IMG/VR virus record: IMGVR_UViG_3300011989_000257
Location: 32,001-96,000 of that record
Length of the DNA stretch: 64,000 nucleotides
DNA from: a virus
Taxonomy: Duplodnaviria; Caudoviricetes
Reading direction: 5' to 3' (one strand)
Below, in pieces: positions 18,848-29,700 of the stretch (within the stretch, counting starts at the first letter, position 1; each line of letters opens with the position of its first letter). The position numbers and the translations under genes are program-made. The notes under the pieces are model-generated. The model was not told where the DNA came from, did no database searches, and was given only the letters and a program-made list of their open reading frames with translations.

Positions 18848-18878
18848 ACTTTACAATTTATTTACTATAAATATCTCA

Positions 18879-19286
18879 TTAGTTGAAAAATGACGATTTG
18901 TCCTCTATTTTGGTGAGATTTGATATTGAAAGTTCGCCATTTGTGATGATAATCAGTTTATCCTTATATTCATTCCAATCAACAACAAATTCATTATTCG
19001 GTAAGTCAGAACCTTTGTTTTCTTTTTCAATCAATTTATTGAGAGCATTTATGGAAAATAACGAACCATTCTTAACATGCAATACAGTTGCGCCATGAAG
19101 ATTTTTGATAAATCTATCTTTGTCAAAAGTCTTGAATGTAATTAGATATTCTCTTTTATTGGTATCTATTGAATATATAAATAATTTTTCAAGCCTAATA
19201 CCAAAATCATTCCTTAAAGTTTCAATGAATGATAATATTTTGTTTTTCTTTACAAATGTTCCTATTATTATTCCACGTTCTGCCAT
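18879..19286 (-). CDS. hypothetical protein
   Basis: 135-aa ORF co-transcribed with 19301..19888. Confidence 0.65.
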   Translation of the reverse strand: MAERGIIIGTFVKKNKILSFIETLRNDFGIRLEKLFIYSIDTNKREYLITFKTFDKDRFIKNLHGATVLHVKNGSLFSINALNKLIEKENKGSDLPNNEFVVDWNEYKDKLIIITNGELSISNLTKIEDKSSFFN

Positions 19287-19300
19287 TATTTTTCTTTCAA

Positions 19301-19888
19301 TTAACTAGAGATAAAGTATGGAAGTGCATACTTCTTATTTCCAAGTTGTTTCGATAACTTGAAGATAAATTTATTATTATCCTCAATGATATTGATTCCT
19401 TTTGATTTAATCTTGTTTAGAACCTTACTCATTGGTATACCACAATATTCCAACATGTCCAAAGACAACCCTAAAACGTTCCCCTCATGCGGAATATATA
19501 ATATATTCTTATTTAAATAAATATTTTTTAATTCTTTATTATTTAATATAATATTATAAAATTTCTTTATATTATTATATTTTAGTTTAAATATATTAAT
19601 ATAATAATAATTTATATTATTTAATATATTATTATATATAATATTATAAAATAATTTTAAATCTTCTTCAAAGTCTGAACGGCTTTCAGATTTGCTGAAA
19701 GTCCAGAATACATTATCATCAAGTTGCTTATCCAAAATAGTCGTATACCTTGAATCATTCTTCGCTTTCTTCCAACCTACGATAAGTATAGGCTTTGTGG
19801 GGTCTGCCAATGAAATATCATTAACTTGTTCCACAAAGCCATCAATATTTGCAAGTTTCCTATCAGTAACAATATAACCCAAAATCAT
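19301..19888 (-). CDS. hypothetical protein with extremely AT-rich central segment
   Basis: Start reassigned to MILGYIV at 19888, just downstream of the host-type promoter at 19910. Confidence 0.6.
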   Translation of the reverse strand: MILGYIVTDRKLANIDGFVEQVNDISLADPTKPILIVGWKKAKNDSRYTTILDKQLDDNVFWTFSKSESRSDFEEDLKLFYNIIYNNILNNINYYYINIFKLKYNNIKKFYNIILNNKELKNIYLNKNILYIPHEGNVLGLSLDMLEYCGIPMSKVLNKIKSKGINIIEDNNKFIFKLSKQLGNKKYALPYFISS

Positions 19889-19909
19889 AACACTTTTTAT
19901 CAATTTTTG

Positions 19910-19941
19910 CAAAGATATATAAAAAATGTTAAAATTCCAAA
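19910..19941 (-). promoter_or_regulatory. Bacteroidota primary-sigma promoter
   Basis: TTTG-N20-TATCTTTG. Confidence 0.8.
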
Positions 19942-19943
19942 AA

Positions 19944-22900
19944 TTATTTATGCTTAAATAAGTGGAATTCCATTTGGCATGTACTTTTTGAACGGTAAAC
20001 ATTACAAGTGTCTTGGACAAAATCAGAAACCCAATGTGTGCCATCAAATGCACAAGTATGGAAATGTGAACCTTTCTTACTACTCTGCGGTAATGACCAC
20101 ATTGTACAAATGTCACCCCTCGATGGCTTAATGCTCCCGAAATTGAACTCTTGTTTATTGGTTGTTACTCCTGATACTGCTTCTTTAAATTCAGAGTCAT
20201 TTACTTTTAAATTTCTGCAAACATCCCAAGGATAGTTACCCCAATATTTCCTACTTCCACCAAGGGTATCTCTTAAAGCACGATTTATAACTCCAGTACA
20301 AGTTCCACAACCTCCGTAAGATTGACGTTTCTTTCCTTGCTCTTCGCATATATTTCTTTGCCAATAATGGAGATTATTCACAAACGTATTAAGTTCCCAT
20401 GATTTTGTATTAAAAGGACCATTATTTGAAACAGTATTACTGTTAGTCCAAACACTTGCGCAATCACTTATTGCAATCTCTCCAAACTTTTCAGGGTCAG
20501 ATATTCCTTGTACCAACAGTTTAAAGTTATTCTCGCCATCTGCTTTATAACGTTTGCTGAATGACTTCTTTGCATCATCACTTAAATCTTCAACCTTAAT
20601 CTTGTTATACGTTACATCTTTGTTAGGGTTGGATGCTCTAGTACCCTTGTTATATAGCCAAACCCTCTGCTGATTTGTAGGAACATCCTTTTTATCCAAT
20701 CTAACATCGACACGAACAATAGTATTAACAGCATTGTCATAAACCCAATATAATGCCTTAACGTATCTAAAATATTCTGGTGTATTCAATATACAATCGA
20801 ATACCTTTGAAAGTTTTGGATTGTTATCAGTACTTGCAGCACTAATCATCATGAGTTTATTCTTACTCTCCTTATTTGGAAAATATTCATGTTTTAATTC
20901 AAACTTCATTGATTCCGTATTCTGTGCTGTCTGGTTTATGGCACTGAAGAACGGTTCATAAATATCCTCATTCATCTTACTAATTTCATTATTATCAGTC
21001 ACGGTATTGTCGTAAGCATCATAGAATTGCCTTGCATATTTCTGTCTATCATTATTATGAGATTTATCGCTCTTTTCGTATGATAACTCAAAACTTAATG
21101 CTGCATTTTCTGGAGTTGAACACATTAGAAGTGCATCTTTCGAATAATTTGTTCCTTCATATGTAGAATAATTCTTCTTTTTATCTTTGTTCACTACTTT
21201 ATTAAGTGTATCTCTAAGGAATTGTATTTGGTAATCAACACCTTTTTCTTGTAAACGTTTTTTAACTACGGCAACCCCCAATGATGCTGCAATTTGTCTT
21301 TTTTTCTGGCCATAATCACTTGGAGTATTTTCTAGCAAACAAGTCAATTCACCATACCCATCACGCCATTGGCATAGACCACCAGATATATTGCCCTTAT
21401 CATTACCATTGACAGCAGTATAGTCAAATGTACTAGTTTCAGTCCTCATATTTCCAACTATACCAGCAGCAGCCTTCTTATATTTATCGTCTGCTGTAGC
21501 TAAGTTATCGATATTATAAATAAACTTAGCAATTTTATCCATCAATTCCTTAGCCTTTTGTTTCTCATCTCCACTGAGAGTACCATCTCCACTGAATATA
21601 GGGAACACAGCATATGGGCAGTCATTGTCAGTATTCGCCATTGCATTATTAAATGTAACGCTGTCATTTCCAATATATTGTGTGTCATCACCATCAGAAT
21701 TAATAAAGACATCCTCAACGAATCTATTACCAACTTTTGACATACGGCATCCAGTAAAGGTTGTTGTCATGTTTCCAGGTGTTATGGTATGATTAACCTT
21801 CATAATCATATAAGAGCCTCTAAACATCGGTACGTTCAATAGTACAAAGTACATCATTGGCTGTACCCATGCGCATCCCATCATCTCTACTGTACAAGTA
21901 TATGATTGGGATGTATATAGGTCGAACATGTCTTGTCCTTGAGCACCATTCTTATTTTTGTTCGTAAGCCCTCTTAGTATGGCGTGCTTTGCCTTTATAC
22001 TCTGCTCAGTTTGTATACTGTTCTTGGTGTTTACAGATACCTTCTTGAAGAAACTCTGGTACTGTTTTCCATAAGTCACACCAAATGCTGGAATGCTATA
22101 GAAATTACCACTAGCACCCCTAGTCCTTATCGATGTCGGAGAATTGAATTCATCATTGAGCATGAAACTATCATCAGCATATTCGTTACTACTTACATCT
22201 AATGCCTTTGATGGCTCGTAGGTGTATACTATCACAAAGTCTGAAGCCTTCTTGTTGTTCCCAAATGCCATTGAATATGGCAATGGCTTAAACATGTCTT
22301 CCATTGCGTCTCTTTTTGATAAGTCTATGAAATTCTGTATACATTTGAACATACATCTGTTGTCAGTGTATACGTAACTCAGTAGTGATAGCATATTAGA
22401 TGATATGTCACTATAACTCAATATTGTCTCGATTCTCTCATATATCTTCTTTGGATTCAGCAATAACTTGTCACCAATCTTGTTATAGTATGAGTCGATA
22501 AAATAGAAACGATAGTCTCCATTTCCATCAAAGAACTTCTCATATTTCCAGTCATCAAAATTAGATGTTGGAATCCATTTGTCATATATCTGTTTCAAAT
22601 AGCGATAAAGTTCCATTCTCATCTCGTCTGATGTGTTTGTTGCCTCAGCAGACCTTCTCACCATATTTCCATTCTCATCAGCCTTGTAGTCAACACCTAA
22701 TAGCATATTCAATTCATCAATAAACCCTTCCAAATAGTTTTTGAAAATACCATTGTTTTCAACCTTATAATCACTATATGACAATGGCTTTCTTTCACTA
22801 TTGACAAAATGATTGACATTTCCATTTATCATTAAAACAGGAAGCATCATCTTATTTGTCAAATCCTTAACAAAGGTAGAGTCTTGATTCAACAATGCCC

Positions 22901-25900
22901 TTCCACCATCAATTATAAACGCAACGTTTCTTCCACGATTCTTACCATTTAAGTTGGCCTTGATATTATTGAATTCATTCTTAGTCCAATCTTTGTAGTA
23001 CTTCATTAGTACCATCCTAGAATAGATGCTTATTGCATTAAGATATTTCTCTGCAATAGGTTTCAAATTATGGTGTATTTTTATATTATCGCCAATTGTT
23101 ATCTTAGAATTGATACTATTTTCATTTACTATTGTTTGCATAAGTATCGAACCTAGCTGTAAAACCAAGAACCTAGGAAGATACACAAATGTCCTAGCAC
23201 CACTATTTTTCATACATAAGACATTTTCTAAAGTATCGTAATTCAAACAATCAATGCCCATTATAAATTCTTCTGGGGTCAAACTACCATTTAACAGTAT
23301 TGTTGAGTTGTTGTCAAGTTTATTTTCTTTATTATACCCGAAAACCTCTCCCAAGAAACAACTGTTTATATATTTGCCTTTTATCTCAGAATCAAAGTAT
23401 GCGCTTAAATTTTCCTTTGAACTAGCGAACCTTTCGAAATTGCCATCGCCATCCTTCATGACTTTGCCATCTCTTCCATAAAGAGGGAAAGCATCACTAA
23501 CAGAAGCCCTAAGAACCAATGTATTGGCACTTGTATACTTATCATTCCTCTTACAGAACGATGATATCCCATCCTCTTTGAATATGCCTTTATAGTACAC
23601 ATCCATTGCATTGTCTAATGAACAAGACTGGACAATCTTATTGGATATATCACCGTATGAATCGAATGACTCAGCCATTGCTGTATTCATCATGTTTTCA
23701 ACCTTTATGAAATCATCACATATTATTAGGTTATAATGCCCATTATACTCATCAATATACGATTCAAAGGTGAACGCATCCATATCTGTTGGAACTTGTG
23801 ATAATATAACATTATGGTTTGATACATTATCCCCACTGTTTCCAAATAATTTATAGTCATTATCAATTGTTTCGAATGATATGTTCTGAACTGGGTACAT
23901 GAATGCATTTCCATCATATCCATACCTATTATCTAGATACTTGTATCTAAACAGCCAATCATTGGTCAACAATGCCTTTGGAGTTGTTCTTGATATATCA
24001 TCAACAGTGTCAAATGACCAAGGATACCTATTATTCCTATCTGTTGATGTTACCATTTTAATGATATAATCAGAATTAAATATTCCAGTATCCAATCTAA
24101 TCCAATCTCTTAGGTTATTGTTGGCTGTTGTATCAACGCTTTTATAGAAGTTATGAGCCTCACACCTTCCTAATTTATCAGCATTTCCATGCCATTCCTT
24201 TTTATTGAATTCGTTTGCAAAGAAATTTAGAGACAGTATATCAAACATACGAATTGATACGGCTCCAGCTAATTTTTCAGTGGATTCAATAACATCACTA
24301 CCATATACGTTTGAATCTAAGAAGAAATCATAGGAAGTCAACGGGTATCTTACACTACTCCTTTCAGCTCCTTGTTCCTTAGCAGTCCTATCATTCTTAG
24401 TGGTCTCAATCATTTCGTCAGTTGTGTTAATCAACTGCCTTATCAATTCAGTTCCATTAAAGAATGTTTCAACAAGGTCAACTTCTTTTAACTGGTCTTT
24501 ATCGAACTTACCAATCCATACATCTTGTTGCTTCTGTGTACCATCCTCTTCAGTAACAGTCTCAGTGACCCTTGGGAATGGAGGTATTGGAACATTTTCA
24601 TATCCTTCCTTGATGTCTGATAAATTACCATTGATACCAACCGACATTGCAATACTGCTAGGGGTTCTTGTAGAATCATTCTTTATCTCATCCGAAACAG
24701 TATGTATCATATACATAAGAGTCTCAAGGTGTGCCATCACAATCTTAGTGAAATTGGATATTGTCGGATTAAATCCCAATTCCTTTATCAGCTTTATATT
24801 TTTGTTATGTATATCCTTCTGTTTCTTCTTCTCATTATAAGACTTATTAGCATCTGCTGTAAGTTTGTCTATTCTTTTCTGTATTGCAGTATAGTCCACG
24901 TTGATATTGAAGCAATTAGTTTTCTGGTTGCTTCCATCATTATATACAGTCTTAAGCGTTTTCTGGTGTATTGCAACAGCTCCAATGTTCTGTTCGTCAT
25001 CAGTTCCAATACGATTCATTATAGCCACATCCGCTATAGATTTTGGAATTGGAGTACCATCAGCATACCCATTGAATGTGAAACTACCCCTATCGTTTTT
25101 TGTAACAAGGTTAAATAAAGGTACATTCAAATATGCTGAATAATCTTTTGATAATTTCTCCAAAGGTTCAATATTAGGGAACTTTTCATTATACTCATCT
25201 ATGAGCGCATATAGGTCATTGTTGACCTTCTTCATTTCATTTGAAAACTGGCTTGCATCTTCTGACAAGTTCTTAGCTTTGTTATCCTTTCCTATCAGAA
25301 CAATAATTCTCTCATATTCCCCACTGTTCAATTTATTAATGAAACAGTTTTCCTTGCCATACTTGCTATACACTTCCTTCTCAAGTTGCGTATACCATGC
25401 AGTATACGTGTTTTTAATGGTTTCTAGCTGTCTTCTTTCCTCGTCATGGGTATCATCCTCACGAGTAAGAGTTGTCTCGTCAGAGTTGACTTCTGAGTTT
25501 GTTAGGATGTTTTTAATTCTGTTTCTAATATCAACCAATGTAGGCATTGGGACTTTTTGGCCAAAACTATCGGTTACTGAGAATTCTAGACTAGATGTCT
25601 TTTGTTCCCAGTATTTTTGTCCTAAATAATCTGTATATGGTGCTGTTAAAAGAAGTTCAGTGGTTATATCGCTTAAGAATGAATATTTATAGCCTATAAA
25701 CCTAACAGTAACATCAAAATCTCCAGTTTCTGAATTGAAATCAGTATCGAATTTATCGCAAGTCACTTCATATGATACTGGTCTTCCATAGAACCCTTTT
25801 ACAGTTATACTGAACTTTGGATAAGGAAATTTAAAGAAACATTGGAAAAATGCTTGCGCTGCGTTTTCCTTGCTTATTTTTCCACTTGAATGTAAATCCT

Positions 25901-26393
25901 TCAAATCACTAAATTCCCTTGGTGTGAACAACGACATACCTCTCACATCAGTAAATTTAACAGTAATAACAGGCAGTACTGCATTTTCAAAATCTATATT
26001 AACTGATTTGATACCAATCATTTCAGTAGTGCCATAATCTACTATATCAGTAACATACATGTCAGCATAATTAGTAGTCAAATATGGTATATTCAGATTA
26101 TTTTGTATACTGTCATTCTTAACTGATGGTACTAGTGTACCACTCATGAAATTAACCTTTGAATCCTCACCTAGATTTTCCCAAGAAAGTATTAAGGCTT
26201 GGGAACCAGAAGCTAAGGACTGACCTCTATTACAGAGTTCAGCCGTAATTGATAAGCCTATACAATAATCCTCTGGATTTATTATCTTATCATATATTCT
26301 GCCATCAGTTGTTATGTACTCACTGTAATTACTGATGTTTTCCAAATCGCTGTTAGGCTCTACATATTGTACACTTGAATGTGGTGTTGGCAT
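19944..26393 (-). CDS. giant baseplate hub protein with phage tail lysozyme domain and C-terminal Cys/His amidase (CHAP/NlpC-like) domain
   Basis: 2149 aa; hub-like YTCTVEMMGCAWVQPMMYF...GSYMIMKVNHTITPGNMTTTFTG; lysozyme-like AAAGIVGNMRTET...GGLCQW; CTGVINRAL...HTCAFDGTHWVSDF. Confidence 0.7.
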   Translation of the reverse strand: MPTPHSSVQYVEPNSDLENISNYSEYITTDGRIYDKIINPEDYCIGLSITAELCNRGQSLASGSQALILSWENLGEDSKVNFMSGTLVPSVKNDSIQNNLNIPYLTTNYADMYVTDIVDYGTTEMIGIKSVNIDFENAVLPVITVKFTDVRGMSLFTPREFSDLKDLHSSGKISKENAAQAFFQCFFKFPYPKFSITVKGFYGRPVSYEVTCDKFDTDFNSETGDFDVTVRFIGYKYSFLSDITTELLLTAPYTDYLGQKYWEQKTSSLEFSVTDSFGQKVPMPTLVDIRNRIKNILTNSEVNSDETTLTREDDTHDEERRQLETIKNTYTAWYTQLEKEVYSKYGKENCFINKLNSGEYERIIVLIGKDNKAKNLSEDASQFSNEMKKVNNDLYALIDEYNEKFPNIEPLEKLSKDYSAYLNVPLFNLVTKNDRGSFTFNGYADGTPIPKSIADVAIMNRIGTDDEQNIGAVAIHQKTLKTVYNDGSNQKTNCFNINVDYTAIQKRIDKLTADANKSYNEKKKQKDIHNKNIKLIKELGFNPTISNFTKIVMAHLETLMYMIHTVSDEIKNDSTRTPSSIAMSVGINGNLSDIKEGYENVPIPPFPRVTETVTEEDGTQKQQDVWIGKFDKDQLKEVDLVETFFNGTELIRQLINTTDEMIETTKNDRTAKEQGAERSSVRYPLTSYDFFLDSNVYGSDVIESTEKLAGAVSIRMFDILSLNFFANEFNKKEWHGNADKLGRCEAHNFYKSVDTTANNNLRDWIRLDTGIFNSDYIIKMVTSTDRNNRYPWSFDTVDDISRTTPKALLTNDWLFRYKYLDNRYGYDGNAFMYPVQNISFETIDNDYKLFGNSGDNVSNHNVILSQVPTDMDAFTFESYIDEYNGHYNLIICDDFIKVENMMNTAMAESFDSYGDISNKIVQSCSLDNAMDVYYKGIFKEDGISSFCKRNDKYTSANTLVLRASVSDAFPLYGRDGKVMKDGDGNFERFASSKENLSAYFDSEIKGKYINSCFLGEVFGYNKENKLDNNSTILLNGSLTPEEFIMGIDCLNYDTLENVLCMKNSGARTFVYLPRFLVLQLGSILMQTIVNENSINSKITIGDNIKIHHNLKPIAEKYLNAISIYSRMVLMKYYKDWTKNEFNNIKANLNGKNRGRNVAFIIDGGRALLNQDSTFVKDLTNKMMLPVLMINGNVNHFVNSERKPLSYSDYKVENNGIFKNYLEGFIDELNMLLGVDYKADENGNMVRRSAEATNTSDEMRMELYRYLKQIYDKWIPTSNFDDWKYEKFFDGNGDYRFYFIDSYYNKIGDKLLLNPKKIYERIETILSYSDISSNMLSLLSYVYTDNRCMFKCIQNFIDLSKRDAMEDMFKPLPYSMAFGNNKKASDFVIVYTYEPSKALDVSSNEYADDSFMLNDEFNSPTSIRTRGASGNFYSIPAFGVTYGKQYQSFFKKVSVNTKNSIQTEQSIKAKHAILRGLTNKNKNGAQGQDMFDLYTSQSYTCTVEMMGCAWVQPMMYFVLLNVPMFRGSYMIMKVNHTITPGNMTTTFTGCRMSKVGNRFVEDVFINSDGDDTQYIGNDSVTFNNAMANTDNDCPYAVFPIFSGDGTLSGDEKQKAKELMDKIAKFIYNIDNLATADDKYKKAAAGIVGNMRTETSTFDYTAVNGNDKGNISGGLCQWRDGYGELTCLLENTPSDYGQKKRQIAASLGVAVVKKRLQEKGVDYQIQFLRDTLNKVVNKDKKKNYSTYEGTNYSKDALLMCSTPENAALSFELSYEKSDKSHNNDRQKYARQFYDAYDNTVTDNNEISKMNEDIYEPFFSAINQTAQNTESMKFELKHEYFPNKESKNKLMMISAASTDNNPKLSKVFDCILNTPEYFRYVKALYWVYDNAVNTIVRVDVRLDKKDVPTNQQRVWLYNKGTRASNPNKDVTYNKIKVEDLSDDAKKSFSKRYKADGENNFKLLVQGISDPEKFGEIAISDCASVWTNSNTVSNNGPFNTKSWELNTFVNNLHYWQRNICEEQGKKRQSYGGCGTCTGVINRALRDTLGGSRKYWGNYPWDVCRNLKVNDSEFKEAVSGVTTNKQEFNFGSIKPSRGDICTMWSLPQSSKKGSHFHTCAFDGTHWVSDFVQDTCNVYRSKSTCQMEFHLFKHK

Positions 26394-26403
26394 ATCTTAT
26401 TTC

Positions 26404-26721
26404 TTAATTCAAACCATATAATTTATCGTATTTTTTTATACCATCTTCGTAACCTTGTATCGCAATATCCAATGGATATGGGATACGTATCTTGCTATTA
26501 TTCTCTATTCTATACTCCAAAGAACCCAATGATGGATTTGCTTGAAGAATCAGCCAACCGTAATTGGGGTCGTTATAATATTGATAAGACAACAAATCCA
26601 ACCTTGTCTTACCGATTTCATAAAATGCATAACAGTCAGTACCTCTTACTGGAATTTCAATAAAAGGTACTCTCTTATAACTGCCATTAGAAATAAATGA
26701 TTTATATCTACTATAATTCAT
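26404..26721 (-). CDS. baseplate wedge protein, gp53/LysM-like
   Basis: TRLDLLSYQYYNDPNYGWLILQANP...KIRIP. Confidence 0.8.
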   Translation of the reverse strand: MNYSRYKSFISNGSYKRVPFIEIPVRGTDCYAFYEIGKTRLDLLSYQYYNDPNYGWLILQANPSLGSLEYRIENNSKIRIPYPLDIAIQGYEDGIKKYDKLYGLN

Positions 26722-26730
26722 ATTTTAACT

Positions 26731-29700
26731 TCACTTCTTATTGTACTTATCTAAAATTTCATTCAATTTTTCAAGACTGCTCTCACCAACTTCTGCTTTT
26801 CTATGTTGTAGATTAGGATATACGTAACCCTTGAACTTGGTAGGTCTTCCGCTTCCATCTGGTGCATATTCAACCATTTCAGCACGATTATCATAAACGC
26901 TAGCATTAGCATAATAATTGAATGAAACAGCGTTTTGAAGACGTGCAATAGGTCCTGAAAGGTCACTGCCACCAAGGAATGTGAACTGCAATGAAACCTT
27001 AGCAAACATTGGCATTACACCAATTCCTTCTGGATTTAAATCCCATTGAGGTGTCTCATATTGTATATTCAAACTATTGATGATAATCTTCGTATTGAAG
27101 AAATCACCAAGCCTTAATACACATACTGGAGGTCTACCAAATGCCAAGTTATATGCTGTAACTTGATTAGGGTTGCCATGTTCAATTGTAGGTCCTTGTC
27201 TTGTGCATTGATGCAAGAATGTAAGTCTAGCATTGAAACCCTCTGGAGATATTGAATGAAATGCTGGGTCAAAATACCTAATCTTCTCACTTATTAAATG
27301 GTGCAAGAATGGTGCTTCCTTATCCAATAACTCAAAAAATTCTCCCTCATTGTCATATCTACCAACACCACCAGTTACAGTGATTTCATTTGATGTGTCA
27401 TCTTTTTTCTTCTCATCAATATTGTTTCCAACAACATTATTATATGCATCAATAGTATTCTGCAATATGGTTTTGCCATTATTTCCTTTTGATAAGAATA
27501 AATTATTCCACATATTTGATGTTTGACCATTTGGAATTTCCTTTTTGTCAACCTTATTAAGAACCATATTATTATTATCCTTGTCAACCATCGGATTTCC
27601 ATCCTTATCAGTCTGAACAACGGATTTGGTTTCAACAGCATTTGATACTGACAACTCATTATATTTGATAGTTACAGATGCACTACGCCAAATTTTTGGC
27701 ATTTCATCATCTTGCCCTCCTACATTTATTTCAGTTTTTTTAGGCTGATTAATAATATTTGTAGTTCCAAATTTAATGTTATCTAGTTTTAAATTATTAA
27801 TCCAATACTTAAACGTTTCAGCTCTATTCCTCGCTAAAGTATTGTTTGTAGTCCCACTTCCTTGATAAGATGCATGACCTGTAAAGTCTATTTCTATATC
27901 AGAATATTTCTCTTTGTTGGTAAATACTTCTTTAACGAGGTTCATATCAGGTTCAGATACACAATCAATTGCATTATAGCCTTTAGAACCTCCAGTTATA
28001 TTTTGGTCATCTTTTAAGCCTTCTAATCCTAAAAATAAATCAGTAAAACTTATTAATCTAGAAGTATCACTATCGTCCTTTATCCCGAATTTATCTATAA
28101 CATTACTGTGTTTTCTAACATTAGCAAAACCACTACGATTTAAACCATATGATTTACCATCAATATAACTTTCAGGTCTTGAAAATTCTTGATTTTCATA
28201 ATCTTTATCTACTCTGTAATAATATCTCCTACGATACCAAAGATGCTTTGGCCCAGTAACATTTTTTGAAACACCACCTGGTTCATTCCCTTTTGCCTTA
28301 CTAAGTCCTAATGCTTTACTACCTATTATTTTACATAAATAAGGTTTGCCAAAAGTAGGTTCTCCATCCTCATATGAGGCATCAACTTTGTTACCATCCT
28401 TATCAGTTAAGTATTGTGCAGTTTCAGAACCATATGTGCCACTGATTACTGAATAATTTGGGGATAAAACATCACCACTAGTAACTAATGATACTCCAAC
28501 ATTGGCTTGTGTTTCATACCCACCAACCACATTACCTTTATAATATGCTTTATGTGTTACATCAGCAGCGACATCAGTATATGTCTTAAGTACTTCATCA
28601 TATCTTCTCTGAGTTCCAATACCATTCATCAGATAGTATATGGGATTCACAGTTCCTCCATTATCATCCACGCCACTATAGTTATTTGGATAGAATAACA
28701 GCACTTGTATTTGTTTCTTCGTCTTTGTAGGAGTTTCCTCTACTCCAGGGACTTCTGGCTCTGGCGTTGGGTCTTTCTTTTCCTCTTCTTTTGGTTCTTC
28801 TTTTCTAAGATAGTAATCTTGAGGCTTTGCTGTTAATACATCACATCCAGCGAAGAAACGAAGAAGCGTGTTCTCTTGATTATACACATTGTCAACACCA
28901 CCTCCATTTCCTTCAGAAAGTTGCCTTCCATTGTTCTTCATTCCATTACGCTTATGTCCAGTCCAATAGTCAAGGATAGATGGATGGTCTATAAGTAACG
29001 TAAATGACAGATTACCCCTTCTTTCAGTATTGGTGTGGGTGTAAATCTGCTCACCTCTTCCTATGAACTTATTGCCATTCCATTCAACAGAGACATCTTC
29101 ATTAAACTGCAAATCATATGGAGGAAACCACATTATACGTCCACCAAGTGGGCCTTTCTGCTCAGCAGATAACCCTTGCTGGTCATAAGTACCCATTTTC
29201 ATCTTGCTATCCCTCCATGCAAGATTCTCAATTGAGAACATACACTTTTTTATGGATACAGCATTTTCATCGTCCTCTTTACCATCGAAGTAGTCCTTAA
29301 TCTTTGCAGTTGGCGCAATATTAACAAAGCCGTTTCTATAATTTAATACACCATATTTGTCTAACCTAGTGCTGCCACCGTCAAAGTCAGCGCTTCCAAC
29401 AGTTCTGAACCCAACTGATGGTGAACCCATGCTAGTCTCGTTCTTCTCCAATTGCTCAGCAGATGATATGTCACCGAATGGCCTTATCATTCTACTGATT
29501 TGATTATACTGATGATGGTAAGTCCATACTCTACAATATGGGTTATCATATCCATTCTCAGTAGTTGGAGTAATCTTCAGCAAGTTCCTACCATGAGACA
29601 TTCCATATGTATTTGATTTCGCTGTCTGGGTGTTATTCCCACCACTCTTGGAATCATCTGAATTCGTATGGAAACGTGCTATTAGTGTATTATACTTCCC

